A DNA stretch of 45,204 nucleotides, from assembly GCA_049320885.1 (NCBI GenBank), contig JBMORA010000062.1, forward strand, positions 1 through 45,204, read 5' to 3'. This document shows, piece after piece, positions 9,112-19,173 of the stretch; position 1 is the first letter of the stretch; every line of letters begins with the position of its first letter. This DNA is from Thermodesulfobacteriota bacterium. GTDB lineage: Bacteria; Desulfobacterota; Desulfobacteria; Desulfobacterales; SURF-7. The position numbers and the translations under genes were made by a program. The notes under the pieces were generated by a model, which worked only from the letters and a program-made list of their open reading frames with translations, was not told where the DNA came from and searched no databases.

Positions 9112-9797
9112 GGCCGCCAGCCATCTCCGTCATTATCCCGGTGTATAATGAATGCGCGTACATTCGAAGCACCCTTGATTATATTTGCGAAATGCCTTCG
9201 GCCGTGAAGCGCGAGATGATTGTATCCGACGGGCATCCCCTTGGAACCACGCTGGCATGCATTCACCGGGAAAACGTGCTCAAAGTGTTGTCGCCCAGGG
9301 GTCGGGCCGTACAGATGAACACGGGGGCGGCCCTTGCAAGCGGAGACATTCTGCTGTTTCTGCATGCCGACACCCTCCCGCCCCCCGATGCCTTTCAATG
9401 CATCCTGTCCGCCTGCCGGGATTCCCGCATAGCAGGGGGCGCCTTCCACCTGGGCATCCGATCCCGGCGCCGCATCTACCGGATCATTGAAGGGGCGGCA
9501 TCCCGGCGTTCCCGCCTGACGCGCATCCCCTACGGCGACCAGGCCATTTTCATGCGGGCAAGAATCTTCCGGGAAATCGGCGGCTATGCCGCCCTGCCGA
9601 TCATGGAAGATATCGAACTGATGAAGCGGATCAAAAAAGCGGGTAAACGGATCGTCATCCTGCCGTCCAGGGTCCAGACCTCCCCCCGGCGCTGGGAAAC
9701 GGAAGGCCCCCTGTTCTGCACCCTGCGCAACTGGGCACTGGCCGGCCTGTATGCCGCCGGCGTGCATCCCCGGCATCTGGCCAAATTTTATAGGTAA
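9108..9797 (+). CDS. GT2 glycosyltransferase, TIGR04283-like
   Basis: ISVIIPVYNE, GRAVQMNTGA, LFLHADT, PYGDQAIF, IMEDIEL, TSPRRW. TTG start overlaps the upstream TGA. Confidence 0.88.
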   Translation: MRPPAISVIIPVYNECAYIRSTLDYICEMPSAVKREMIVSDGHPLGTTLACIHRENVLKVLSPRGRAVQMNTGAALASGDILLFLHADTLPPPDAFQCILSACRDSRIAGGAFHLGIRSRRRIYRIIEGAASRRSRLTRIPYGDQAIFMRARIFREIGGYAALPIMEDIELMKRIKKAGKRIVILPSRVQTSPRRWETEGPLFCTLRNWALAGLYAAGVHPRHLAKFYR

Positions 9798-9800
9798 AAC

Positions 9801-9874
9801 ATTTGAAATTTGAAATTTGAGATTTGAAATACCAGCGGTTGTATCTCAAATCTGAAATTTCAAATCTGAAATCT
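9801..9874. repeat. Imperfect palindrome built from 7-bp units, (ATTTGAA-like)x4 / loop / (CTCAAAT-like)x4; REP-like element or bidirectional terminator
   Basis: ATTTGAA ATTTGAA ATTTGAG ATTTGAA ATAC-CAGCGGTT-GTAT CTCAAAT CTGAAAT TTCAAAT CTGAAAT, lying between two convergent stop codons. Confidence 0.85.
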
Positions 9875-9877
9875 TCC

Positions 9878-10198
9878 TCACAGTTTCCCCGCGAGCCAGT
9901 AGAGCAGCATCCCCGCCACCACCGTGCCGCCCAAGGATTTTGTCCGGAGGGCGAACAAAAAGGTGGGCACGGCCACGAAAAGCTCGGGCCGCCACAGGTC
10001 GAGGCGCCTGGGGTCGCCGGCGGTGATCAGACCGGGGATCAGCAGGGCGCTGAGGATGGCGGCGGGAATGAGGTCCAGCCATTCCACCAGCCAATCCGGC
10101 AACCGTCGATTGGAAAGGAAAAACAAGGGAATCCATCTTGGCAGAAAGGTAACCAGACCCATGCCCAGGACCGTCCAGATATAGGCCTCGTGGTTCAT
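9878..10198 (-). CDS. azlD: AzlD-family branched-chain amino acid exporter, small subunit
   Basis: GMGLVTFLPRWIP, WLDLIPAAILSAL; start overlaps the azlC stop. Confidence 0.88.
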   Translation of the reverse strand: MNHEAYIWTVLGMGLVTFLPRWIPLFFLSNRRLPDWLVEWLDLIPAAILSALLIPGLITAGDPRRLDLWRPELFVAVPTFLFALRTKSLGGTVVAGMLLYWLAGKL

Positions 10199-10941
10199 CC
10201 GCCCCCCTGTCCGGCGGCTTTCTCCCCCCTCTTCCGCAACGCGGGAAGGCGGGTTTTCAAGACCACCCCCAGGGAGGCGGCGGTTACGGCGGCAATCAGG
10301 ATGTAACCGTTCCCCGGAACCATCAGGGAGACGGCCACGGCCGTCACCGCGGCGATCAGGGCCGTCAGCACATAAATGCGCCCCCGCAGCTGAAACACCA
10401 GCAGACAAATGAACATGGCGGTCAACGCATAATCCAGCCCGCAAGCCCCCTCGGGAATGAAACGGCTCCCATAGCCGCCGGCCGTCGTGCTGAGGATCCA
10501 GACGGCATTGGCGCTCTGATTCACCACCAGGGCCCGCTGGATATCCCATTGCCGGCGGTGAAACCGGCCCAGATTCACGGCAAAACTCTCATCGGTGACG
10601 CCGTAGGCCAGCAGGCTCAACTTGAAACGGTCCGTGTTTTTCAGGAACACCGACAGGGCGGAACTCATCAGCAGATGGCGGATGTTCACCATGAATGTGG
10701 TCGCAATGACGGCCAGATCGGCCGCCCCGGCCGACAGCATGGAGACGGCGATGAATTGGGAACTGCCGGCAAACACGAACAGGGACATCAGGGCGATCTC
10801 CGCCGGCGCCAGGCCTGCCTTCTGGGCCAGGACACCGAAAGCCAGCCCGATGGGAACGTACCCCAGACAAATGGGCCAGGCCGCCGACAATCCTTCCCTT
10901 AGGATCACGGGCATTGTATTTTCTTGTTTTTTTCCAAGCAT
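10195..10941 (-). CDS. azlC: AzlC-family branched-chain amino acid exporter permease
   Basis: PICLGYVPIGLAFG, FAGSSQF, VNIRHLLMS, VTDESFA, GLDYAL. Confidence 0.93.
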   Translation of the reverse strand: MLGKKQENTMPVILREGLSAAWPICLGYVPIGLAFGVLAQKAGLAPAEIALMSLFVFAGSSQFIAVSMLSAGAADLAVIATTFMVNIRHLLMSSALSVFLKNTDRFKLSLLAYGVTDESFAVNLGRFHRRQWDIQRALVVNQSANAVWILSTTAGGYGSRFIPEGACGLDYALTAMFICLLVFQLRGRIYVLTALIAAVTAVAVSLMVPGNGYILIAAVTAASLGVVLKTRLPALRKRGEKAAGQGGG

Positions 10942-11010
10942 TATCGTAGCATGTCATCTTTCAGTACGGGAAGCATCACCTTAATGAAAAAAGACCGACT
11001 TGTAAAGACG

Positions 11011-11072
11011 GTGTTATAATCCGGTTAAACACGCTAAAATCTCTTGACAATCGGATTCAATTTCATTATTTG
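11011..11072 (+). promoter_or_regulatory. Candidate promoter elements upstream of fusA: extended -10 TGTTATAAT, and TTGACA at 11044
   Basis: TGnTATAAT at 11012-11020; TTGACA at 11044-11049 with only a weak -10. Confidence 0.35.
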
Positions 11073-11396
11073 CATCCCGTTTTGTGAACAGATGTGAATG
11101 CGCCGCGTTCGTCGCATTCATCTTATTCATCCATAACGCATACGAATACCGTATACGAATCGAGCAAAAGGAAAAACACACCGGAAATCAAAATGAATCG
11201 GAGTTCGCAACGGCTGCGAAACGCCTGAATTTCACTTCGTCTCCTGCATCTTCGTCCAACACCTTCGTTTGCTGTGACTTTTTGTTGAAAAACAACCGTC
11301 TGGCGATAGTCGACACCGGATAGCGGCCGGCCGACGGGGTATGGGCCGCCGGGCAGGCTTTCCGGACAGTATGGTTTGCAATTTAGGGGAAATACA

Positions 11397-13484
11397 ATGA
11401 AATTCGATTTAAAAAAAGTCCGAAACATCGGCATCAGCGCCCATATCGATTCCGGCAAGACCACGTTGACGGAGCGGATCCTGTTTTACACCAAGAGGAT
11501 TCACGCCATTCACGACGTCAAGGGCAAGGACGGGGTCGGCGCCACCATGGATTCCATGGAACTGGAAAAGGAACGCGGCATCACCATCGCCTCGGCAGCC
11601 ACCTTCTGCTCCTGGCAGGGACATGAAATCAATATCATCGATACCCCGGGACACGTGGATTTCACCATTGAGGTGGAACGCTCCCTGCGGGTGCTGGACG
11701 GCGCCGTTCTGGTGCTCTGCGCCGTGGGCGGGGTCCAATCCCAATCCATCACCGTGGATCAACAGATGAAGCGGTACCATGTTCCCTGTATCGCTTTTGT
11801 GAACAAACTGGATCGCAACGGCGCCAATCCCCATCGGGTCATCGAACAGTTGAACGAGAAGCTGGGCCACACGGCGGTGGCCATGCAGATCCCCATGGGA
11901 TTGGAGGGCGATCTCAAAGGCGTTATCGACCTGGTGGAAATGCAGGCGCTATATTTCGACGGCGATAACGGCGAAATCATCCGCCGGGAAGACATCCCGG
12001 CCGAATACCGGGAAGAAGCCCGCGCCAGACGCGAAGGGCTGATCGACAAGGCCTCCCTGTTCTCCGATGAACTGACCAATGCCATTCTGGAGGAAGCCGA
12101 AATTTCCAACACCCTGCTGATCACCGCCATCCGCCAGGGAACCCTGAGCCGGAAGCTGACCCCGGTATTCATGGGCTCCGCTTACAAGAACAAGGGAGTC
12201 CAGCCGCTTCTGGACGGTGTCAACCTGCTGCTCCCCTGCCCGACCGATGTGGAGAACGAGGCCCTGGACATGGACCGGGACGAGGCGCCGGTAATCCTTT
12301 CCGGCAATCCGGATGATCCCATCGTGGCCCTGGCGTTCAAGCTGGAAGACGGTCCCTACGGCCAACTGACCTATATCCGGGTGTACCAGGGGACCCTTAC
12401 CAAGGGAGCCACCATTATCAATATCCGGAGCGCCAAAAAAACCAAAATCGGCCGCCTCGTGCGGATGCACGCCGACCAGATGGAAGACATCGAGGCGATT
12501 CCGGCGGGCTATATCGGCGCCCTGTTCGGCATCGACTGCGCTTCGGGCGACACCTTCGTTTCTCCCGGCCTTAATTACAGCATGACCTCCATGTTCGTGC
12601 CGAAACCGGTGATCTCCCTTTCCATTGTTCCCACGGACAACAAATCCCAGCTCAACATGTCCAAGGCCCTGAACCGCTTCACCAAGGAGGACCCCACCTT
12701 CCACAGCTATGTCAACGAAGAAACCAACGAGACCATCATCGAGGGCATGGGAGAACTGCATCTGGAAGTATATGTGGAACGCATGCGCCGGGAGTACAAC
12801 GCCCAGGTCAACACCGGCCAGCCCCAGGTGGCCTACCGGGAAACCATTACCAAACGGGCGGATTTCAATTACACCCATAAAAAACAGACCGGCGGTTCCG
12901 GTCAATATGGACGCATCGCGGGGTTCATGGAGCCCGTGCCGGATGAGGATTTCGTTTTCGAGAACAAAGTCACCGGCGGATCCATTCCGACCCAGTATAT
13001 TCCGGCCTGCGAAAAAGGCTTCCGCAGCTGTCTGGCCAAGGGACCGAAAATGGAATTCCCGGTCACCGGCATCAAGGTGACCATCAACGACGGGGCCTCC
13101 CATTCCGTCGACTCTTCGGATATGGCGTTTCAGGCGGCGGCCCATGGAGCCTTCAAGGAGGCTTACGCCAAAGCCGGCGCGGTCATTCTGGAGCCCATCA
13201 TGAAAGTGGTGGTGGAAACCCCCACGGAATTCCAGGGAAACGTCATGGGCTCCCTGAACCAGCGGCGTGGAATGATCCTTGGCTCCCAGGAAGACGGCCC
13301 CCAGTGCACCATCGAGTCCCAGGTTCCCCTGGCCGAGATGTTCGGGTATTCGACGGTGCTGCGTTCCCTGACCCAGGGGAAGGCCCAATTCACGATGGAA
13401 TTCGCCATGTACAAGCAGGTTCCCCAGGCCATCGGTGAGGAACTGATGAAAAAGGTCCAGGAAAAGAAAAGCAAAGTGGCATGA
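11397..13484 (+). CDS. fusA: Elongation factor G, stand-alone, probably the spirochete/planctomycete/deltaproteobacterial EF-G1 type
   Basis: [61 protein letters not shown]. Confidence 0.97.
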   Translation: MKFDLKKVRNIGISAHIDSGKTTLTERILFYTKRIHAIHDVKGKDGVGATMDSMELEKERGITIASAATFCSWQGHEINIIDTPGHVDFTIEVERSLRVLDGAVLVLCAVGGVQSQSITVDQQMKRYHVPCIAFVNKLDRNGANPHRVIEQLNEKLGHTAVAMQIPMGLEGDLKGVIDLVEMQALYFDGDNGEIIRREDIPAEYREEARARREGLIDKASLFSDELTNAILEEAEISNTLLITAIRQGTLSRKLTPVFMGSAYKNKGVQPLLDGVNLLLPCPTDVENEALDMDRDEAPVILSGNPDDPIVALAFKLEDGPYGQLTYIRVYQGTLTKGATIINIRSAKKTKIGRLVRMHADQMEDIEAIPAGYIGALFGIDCASGDTFVSPGLNYSMTSMFVPKPVISLSIVPTDNKSQLNMSKALNRFTKEDPTFHSYVNEETNETIIEGMGELHLEVYVERMRREYNAQVNTGQPQVAYRETITKRADFNYTHKKQTGGSGQYGRIAGFMEPVPDEDFVFENKVTGGSIPTQYIPACEKGFRSCLAKGPKMEFPVTGIKVTINDGASHSVDSSDMAFQAAAHGAFKEAYAKAGAVILEPIMKVVVETPTEFQGNVMGSLNQRRGMILGSQEDGPQCTIESQVPLAEMFGYSTVLRSLTQGKAQFTMEFAMYKQVPQAIGEELMKKVQEKKSKVA

Positions 13485-14203
13485 CAAAACAGTTCGATCA
13501 GGAGTATTCTATGCAGCTCAATGAAAACATTCTTCGGAATCCCTTGCGTGGCCTCGGATACGGGGCGGACGACATTCTGTCGGTGGGCGCCTTCGGCGCG
13601 GTGGCCGCCAGGGCCGGCGTCGGTAAAACCTCTTTCTTGGTCCAGATCGCTCTCAACGCCATGCTGCGGAATAAAAGAGTCCTGCACATCAGCCTGGAGC
13701 ATCCGGTGAAAAAAGTGAACCTGTGGTATCAGGATGTGTTTCAGCACCTGTCCGAATACCACGGCCTGAAAAACACCCATCCGCTGTGGGAAGCGATTCT
13801 GCCCTTCCGGTTCATCATGACCTTGCAGGTGGATGGGTTCAGCGTGCCGCGGCTGGTGGAGCGCCTGAAGGATCTCACCGAACAGGGGATTTTCAAACCG
13901 GATATGATCATCATCGACGGGCTGCCGTTCGACGGGACCGCCCGCGGAATTCTGGCGGAACTGAAACCCATCGCGGAAGACGGCATGAGCGTCTGGTTCA
14001 CGGTCCGCACCCACCGCCATGAGGCCCCGGCCCCGGATGGGCTGCCCGCCCAGTTGACGAACATAAAGGATTTCTTCGAGGTCATCATCGCCCTGCAGCC
14101 GGAAGGCGGCGACATCCTCGTGCGCAATCTGAAAGGGGGCAATGGAATCGCCGAATCGGTGGTGCGCCTGAATCCCTCCAGCATGCTCATACAGACCGGT
14201 TGA
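13481..14203 (+). CDS. RecA/KaiC-fold P-loop ATPase-like cytoplasmic protein
   Basis: Walker [16 protein letters not shown], Walker B MIIIDG. ATGA overlap with the fusA stop; alternative start at 13511. Confidence 0.8.
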   Translation: MTKQFDQEYSMQLNENILRNPLRGLGYGADDILSVGAFGAVAARAGVGKTSFLVQIALNAMLRNKRVLHISLEHPVKKVNLWYQDVFQHLSEYHGLKNTHPLWEAILPFRFIMTLQVDGFSVPRLVERLKDLTEQGIFKPDMIIIDGLPFDGTARGILAELKPIAEDGMSVWFTVRTHRHEAPAPDGLPAQLTNIKDFFEVIIALQPEGGDILVRNLKGGNGIAESVVRLNPSSMLIQTG

Positions 14204-14261
14204 GGATATGCGTCCACCGTCCACCGGTTTGCGGCAGCCGGGGTGAACCGGCGCCGCCGGT

Positions 14262-15875
14262 TTATCCGGCGTGAAGTATCCGGCGGATCTTCAATGAGAC
14301 TTCATTCAAGCTGAAGGGTTTTTGAATGAAACCGTTGCAGCCCCGGCTCAGGATATCCGTGGCCTGGCCGTCGATGCTGTAACCGCTGGAAAGCAGCACC
14401 TTGACCCGGGGATTGATGGATTTCAACAGGTCGTACACCGCCCCCCCGCCCATATCCGGCATGATCATGTCCAGGATCACCAGATCGATTTCGGCTCCCC
14501 TGCGGCGGTAAACGTCCACCGCCTCCCGCCCGCCGCTTGCAAGGACCGTTTTATATCCCAATAAGTTCAGCAGTTCATTCCCCAGGGACCGGACCGTATC
14601 GTCATCATCGACGAAAAGAACGGTCCCCTCTCCCCTGACCGCCGCTTCCGGTTGATCCTCAGCACTTTCAACGGATTTTCGGACCGCCGGCAGATAAACG
14701 GAAAAAATGGTGCCTTCGCCTTTTCGGGAATGGACATGAATATAACCGCCGTGGGCCTTCACGATACCGTAAGCGGAAGCAAGCCCCAGACCCGATCCCC
14801 TGCTGATGTCCTTGGTGGTGAAAAACGGTTCGAAGATGTGGTCCAGGGTTTTGGCATCCATCCCGATGCCGGTATCCTGGACCGTCAGACAGACATAGGA
14901 ACCTTCCTTGGGAACCAGATCGTCGACCCGGATATCCAGGTGGGTCTTGTTTTCCGTTTTCAGCACCAGGTTCCCGCCCGCGGGCATGGCGTCGGCGGCG
15001 TTGACCAGGAGATTCATCAGCACCTGCTCCAACTGGCTGCGGTCCGCGATAATCCCCCGCAGCTCGGCTTCCAACACCTGATGAACGCGGATTTCCTTGC
15101 GGGTCACGGCAAAGGTTTCGGCGGTTTCCCGCACCAGGTGGTTCAGGTTGAGCGGTTTGATTTCGTATTTGCCCTCCCGGGCATATCCCAGCAGCTGACC
15201 GGTGAGGCGTGATCCGGCCTCCACCTGTTTTTCAATGCTCTGGAGCATCCGGTGGCGCTTGTCCGACGGCTCGGTCTGCAGCAGCATGATGGTGGTGTAG
15301 CCCTGGATCGCCATCAGCAGATTATTGAAATTATGTGCTATACCGCCGGCAAGGGTTCCGATGGATTCCATTCTCAAGGCATGCTGAAGCTGTTTCTCGA
15401 TCTGCTCCCGTTCCTCTTCCGCCCGTTTGCGCGCCGTGATATCCCGGGCGAGACCGCGGAATCCGATGCCCTCGTTTTTGGCATTGCGGATCAGGGAAAC
15501 GGAGGTCTCGATATAGCATTTGGTCCCGTCTTTCCGGATCAGAACCCAATCCAATCCCTGATAACTGTTTCCGGTGGTAAAGACTTCGTTGAAGGCATGG
15601 TACACTTTCCTGGCGTTCTCATCATCCATGAAGCGCCGGTTGTTCATCCCCGTCATTTCCTCTCTGGTATAACCGAGCATGGCGCACATGCTGTTGTTGA
15701 AGAAGAGGAGATTCCCCGCGATGTCCACCTCATAATAGCCTTCAACGATGTTATCCAGGATCGTCCGGTATTTCGCCTCGGTTTCCCTCAGGGATTCGAT
15801 AACCTCAAGCAGGATCCGGGAAAACCATTCGATCGGGTTGTTTTGGATTGTCGCTGGAGTCGGGCTGGTCATCAC
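14262..15875 (-). CDS. Cytoplasmic PAS hybrid sensor histidine kinase / response regulator (CckA-like architecture)
   Basis: [18 protein letters not shown]-box, [26 protein letters not shown], receiver VDDD..LDMIMP..QKPF. Confidence 0.95.
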   Translation of the reverse strand: MMTSPTPATIQNNPIEWFSRILLEVIESLRETEAKYRTILDNIVEGYYEVDIAGNLLFFNNSMCAMLGYTREEMTGMNNRRFMDDENARKVYHAFNEVFTTGNSYQGLDWVLIRKDGTKCYIETSVSLIRNAKNEGIGFRGLARDITARKRAEEEREQIEKQLQHALRMESIGTLAGGIAHNFNNLLMAIQGYTTIMLLQTEPSDKRHRMLQSIEKQVEAGSRLTGQLLGYAREGKYEIKPLNLNHLVRETAETFAVTRKEIRVHQVLEAELRGIIADRSQLEQVLMNLLVNAADAMPAGGNLVLKTENKTHLDIRVDDLVPKEGSYVCLTVQDTGIGMDAKTLDHIFEPFFTTKDISRGSGLGLASAYGIVKAHGGYIHVHSRKGEGTIFSVYLPAVRKSVESAEDQPEAAVRGEGTVLFVDDDDTVRSLGNELLNLLGYKTVLASGGREAVDVYRRRGAEIDLVILDMIMPDMGGGAVYDLLKSINPRVKVLLSSGYSIDGQATDILSRGCNGFIQKPFSLNEVSLKIRRILHAG

Positions 15876-16000
15876 ACGTCCTTGGTTGCATGTTGCCGAT
15901 GCATATAGCGATTCCCGCCCGGGGAGTCAAATGATTATTCGCTTGATTCCAGGAGGGCTTTTCCGTTATGGTTTCCCGACAGTTCATCCGACGGAGTGAA

Positions 16001-16858
16001 ATGGCAGTCATGAAAAAAATAACCATCCCGGTGCTGCTGGCAGCCCTTACGATATCGGCCTGCACCTTCAAATTGATTTACAACCACCTCGATTGGATCA
16101 TCCCCTGGTATGTTTCCGATTACATCAACCTGAATGATGAACAGGACGGATTTCTCGGCCAGCAGATCGCCCAACGGTTGAAATGGCACCGGGTGACCCA
16201 GCTGACCCTCTACGCCCGGACGGTGCGGGATTTCCGCTGCGCCGCCGAAAAGGGGCTGACCCGGGAAAATCTCGACGACATGCACGATATCCTGCGCCTG
16301 TACTGGCAGGATCTGGTGACCCAGATCACGCCGGATGTCGTTGAGCTGCTTTCTTCCGCCACCGAGGACCAGCTGGCGGAGCTGCTGGCCAATCTGGAAA
16401 GAAAAAACCGTGAATTCAAGGAAAAATACATCGATCCCGAACCGGAAACGCTGCGCCGCCTGAAAGTGGAACGGATGGAACGCTTCCTGGAATATTTTCT
16501 GGGTTCCCTGGATGAACGCCAGGATGCCATCATCGCCGACTGGTCCGCCAGGCTGGCGCCCATCGGCGAGGAACGCCTTGTCTATATCAAGCAGAATTTT
16601 GCGCGCTTCAAGGAAATGCTGGCCTTCCGGAACGACAAAAACCGGTTTCGGGAACAATTGCGCGATCTGCTGTTTTTCAACCGGGAGGACTGGCCCCCGG
16701 AATTCAGAATCAAGGCGGAACACAACCGGGAATTGACCAAGACCGTCTTCCTGGAACTCGACCAGACCCTCAACGCCGACCAGCGGAGCCATTTCATCCG
16801 GAAATTGGAATCGGTGGGCGGGATCCTGGATGAGCTGGCCGCCCAGGCCGTGCCATAA
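16001..16858 (+). CDS. Alpha-helical lipoprotein (DUF6279-like)
   Basis: MKKITIPVLLAALTISAC lipobox, then YNHLDW..WYVSDYINL..Q, WHR..QL..Y pattern. Confidence 0.75.
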   Translation: MAVMKKITIPVLLAALTISACTFKLIYNHLDWIIPWYVSDYINLNDEQDGFLGQQIAQRLKWHRVTQLTLYARTVRDFRCAAEKGLTRENLDDMHDILRLYWQDLVTQITPDVVELLSSATEDQLAELLANLERKNREFKEKYIDPEPETLRRLKVERMERFLEYFLGSLDERQDAIIADWSARLAPIGEERLVYIKQNFARFKEMLAFRNDKNRFREQLRDLLFFNREDWPPEFRIKAEHNRELTKTVFLELDQTLNADQRSHFIRKLESVGGILDELAAQAVP

Positions 16859-16983
16859 CCCCGCCATCATCATCCGAAATTCTCAAAAAAAATCTACGAA
16901 TTTTACGAATATTCGCTTTATCCGCTTGCAAATCATCATTCGGCATGCAATAAAATCTCTCGTTTATAACAGGAGAAAACCCC

Positions 16984-19053
16984 ATGCCCGTACCATCGAT
17001 CCGGATAGAAGCCTATCCGCTCCGGATTGCCCTGAAATCCACCATCCGTCATGCCGCTGCCGCGCGGAACCGGGGCGAGAGCGTCTGGGTTCAGGCACAG
17101 CGGGGCGGGCTGACCGGATTCGGGGAAGGCTGTCCGCGATCCTACGTCACCCATGACGACCTGACATCCAGCGTCGAATGGGTGAAGGACCGCTTCGGGG
17201 ACGGACAGCTGCGTTTCCGGGACGTCGGGGAAGTCATTCAATGGACGGATGCGAACAGTTGTGAGATCGATGAGTTCCCGTCCGCCTGGTGCGCCGTGGA
17301 GCTGGCCGTCCTGGACCTGCTGGCCAGGGAGAACCGCTGCAGCATCGAAAAACTGCTCGGCCTGGAAGACGGTGTCCGCGGGGGCCGGTATACCGCCGTT
17401 CTCGGCAATGACAAGACCTGGAAATTCACGCATCTGGTGGATCATTACCTGGTGCGCGGTTTTTCCGAATTCAAGTTGAAACTGAGCGGCGACCTGGATC
17501 AGGACATTCTCCGGCTGGACATTCTCCGTCAATCCGGGATCCGGCACCGGATGACCGATATGCGCATCCGGGTGGACGCAAACAATTTATGGGCGGGCCG
17601 CGCCCCGGACGCCCTGGAATACATGAAGGAACTGAACGGGCGCATCGTTGCGGCGGAGGAACCGCTGGGACCGCGTGATATCGAAGGCCTGTGCGCCTTG
17701 ACGGCGGCGACGGGTCTGGCCGTCATTCTGGATGAAAGCCTGTGCACCCGAAACGATCTGGAGCAGTACACCGGCCGTTCCGGAAAATTCATCGCCAATA
17801 TCAAGGTGTCGCGAATGGGCGGGCTGATCCGGTCCCTGAACATCATCGAAAAACTGAAAAGCCTGGACTGGCCCGTCATCATCGGCTGCCATGTGGGCGA
17901 GACCTCCCTCCTGACCCGTGCGGCGCTGGTTCCCGGGATTGCGGCGGGAAACAGTCTCATCGGCCGGGAAGGCGCTTTCGGCGACTACCTGCTGGCCCGG
18001 GAGCCGGCGGAACCGGTGCTGAAATTCGGCCGCCACGGCATCCTGGATCTCCAGTCCGCCTATTACCTCAAAACCGCCCGGGGACTGGAAGTCATTCCCA
18101 GCGACAACTGGGCCATGGGCACCGGCATGCGCTGCCGGATGCCGAAAACCTGCGACGACGGTTCTCCGGATATTTCGATTCTTCCCATGCCGGACGGATA
18201 CGACATCCATTATCGGACCTGGGGGCCGGCCGAAGGCGATGATGCGCTGCTGATCCTGCACGGCGGCATGAGCCATTCCGGATGGCAGGCGCCGCTGGCC
18301 ACGGCCGTCCGAGCCCTGTCCGACGGGGTGACGGTGGTGGCCGCCGACCGGCGGGGATGCGGCCTCAATGCCAACCGGGGCGATCTGGCTTCCGTGCACG
18401 CCGTCATCGACGATGTCGTCCGGCAGGTGGAATTCCTGAAACGCTCGTTCACCCGTGTTCACCTAAGCGGATGGTGCCAGGGGGCCCAATACGCCTCCGT
18501 CGCCGCCCATCAACTGGGGGAATCCCTTGCCGGCCTGATTCTGCTGACACCCGGCTTTTTTTGGAACGAGCGCTTCCGGTCGGTGATCCAGGTCACGGAA
18601 AGGATCATCCTGAAACTGCTGTCCGAATTCCGTCTGAATCCCGATCCGGACCGGCCTTACGTGCCCATTCCCATGGAGCCCGCCGATTTCACCCTGTCGG
18701 AGGAATGGCTCGATTATATCGAGAACGATGATCTCAAAACCACCATGGTCACCATGAAAACCGTCTACATCATGGATGAAATCCAGGAAATGTCCTGGTC
18801 CGCCATTCTGCGGAACCGGCTTCCTTTGCTGATGATCCTGGCGCAACAAGACCGCATCGTGGACAATCACAAGATTTTAAGCTTCCTCCAGAACCGTTTT
18901 CCCGAATCGGGCCGGAACCGTCTGGTCACCATCAACAGCGCCCACGCCGTCCAGTTCGAGAAAGCAGCGGAAATCGCCGCGGAAATCCTGGCCTTCATTT
19001 CCGCCCGACGGGCTGAGGAAATATTTGTATGCCGACGGGAAAATGTGCTATGA
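16984..19053 (+). CDS. Enolase-superfamily (MLE / dipeptide epimerase / OSBS-like) domain fused to an alpha/beta hydrolase
   Basis: GFGEGCPR, KLK, DAN, EEP, DES, NIKVSRMGG. C-terminal ILHGGMSHSGW, DRRGCG, GWCQG elbow, QDRIVD, SAH. Confidence 0.85.
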   Translation: MPVPSIRIEAYPLRIALKSTIRHAAAARNRGESVWVQAQRGGLTGFGEGCPRSYVTHDDLTSSVEWVKDRFGDGQLRFRDVGEVIQWTDANSCEIDEFPSAWCAVELAVLDLLARENRCSIEKLLGLEDGVRGGRYTAVLGNDKTWKFTHLVDHYLVRGFSEFKLKLSGDLDQDILRLDILRQSGIRHRMTDMRIRVDANNLWAGRAPDALEYMKELNGRIVAAEEPLGPRDIEGLCALTAATGLAVILDESLCTRNDLEQYTGRSGKFIANIKVSRMGGLIRSLNIIEKLKSLDWPVIIGCHVGETSLLTRAALVPGIAAGNSLIGREGAFGDYLLAREPAEPVLKFGRHGILDLQSAYYLKTARGLEVIPSDNWAMGTGMRCRMPKTCDDGSPDISILPMPDGYDIHYRTWGPAEGDDALLILHGGMSHSGWQAPLATAVRALSDGVTVVAADRRGCGLNANRGDLASVHAVIDDVVRQVEFLKRSFTRVHLSGWCQGAQYASVAAHQLGESLAGLILLTPGFFWNERFRSVIQVTERIILKLLSEFRLNPDPDRPYVPIPMEPADFTLSEEWLDYIENDDLKTTMVTMKTVYIMDEIQEMSWSAILRNRLPLLMILAQQDRIVDNHKILSFLQNRFPESGRNRLVTINSAHAVQFEKAAEIAAEILAFISARRAEEIFVCRRENVL

Positions 19054-19173
19054 TGCTGCGGCTCGAAAGGGAGGATTTCGGTCCTTCCGCACCGGCAAGG
19101 CGTTGGCATCCATTGCATCGATAACGAGGTCCCGGTGGGTCGGGAGCTCATTTCATCCCAAGGAGCGGCAATC

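Noticed and set aside
9801..9874. Possible CRISPR array, and the short ORFs crossing it (KSEISNLK-type translations)
   Set aside because: Units are 7 bp with no spacers and no cas genes; the ORFs are by-products of the repeat.
11949..13487. 512-aa minus-strand ORF
   Set aside because: Antisense shadow of fusA.
16894..16915. Short direct repeat TACGAAT-TT-TACGAAT
   Set aside because: Only two short units in an AT-rich promoter region; not distinguishable from chance.
19093..19118. Sigma54-like TGGCA...TTGCA upstream of the carboxyspermidine dehydrogenase
   Set aside because: GG-to-GC spacing is 8 bp rather than the required 10, and the alternative register matches poorly.
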